Positions 63,999-64,000 of a stretch of 64,000 bases of DNA are shown here, piece by piece. The position numbers were made by a program, and so were the translations under genes. How positions within the stretch are numbered: position 1 is the first letter of the stretch; each line of letters begins with the position of its first letter. The notes under the pieces were generated by a model. The model had not been told where the DNA came from. It made no database searches and saw only the letters and a list, made by a program, of their open reading frames with translations. The DNA is from Oopsacas minuta (lineage: Eukaryota; Animalia; Porifera), in NCBI GenBank assembly GCA_024704765.1, contig JAKMXF010000315.1:211084-275083 (forward strand), given 5' to 3'.

Positions 63999-64000
63999 AG

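Noticed and set aside
1-64000. CRISPR arrays, rRNA or tRNA genes, prokaryotic operons
   Set aside because: No regularly spaced repeats or RNA-gene signatures seen; the window is eukaryotic with spliceosomal introns.

Overview
AT-rich eukaryotic (animal-type) genomic DNA with short GT-AG introns, made up mostly of transposable elements. The species cannot be determined from the sequence. One clear host gene is present: two exons of proteasome subunit beta-7 (PSMB4), separated by a 7.7-kb intron that carries a transposon. The elements include at least seven Tc1/mariner copies or fragments (DD37E, DD37D/maT, DD34D), four hAT elements, a Chapaev element with about 220-bp TIRs, and a RAG1-like/Transib element with exact RSS-heptamer (CACAGTG) ends and a 5-bp TSD. 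There is also a Ginger-like integrase with an OTU domain, LINE remnants, a 918-bp foldback element, and a Merlin element with an intact transposase whose left 594-bp TIR holds a young Ty3/Gypsy provirus. Three observations stand out. (1) The RAG1-like transposon has an NBD-like segment and asymmetric ends. (2) The Gypsy element has no tRNA-type PBS but has an 11-nt self-complementary one, suggesting Tf1-like self-priming. (3) A decayed multi-exon gene encodes an NRF1/EWG-like DNA-binding domain, a Ulp1-like protease and a PHD finger. It lies tail-to-tail with a possible KDZ-type transposase end, and an NRF1-type palindrome sits in its reconstructed promoter. All protein assignments come from motif recognition by eye; no database searches were run.
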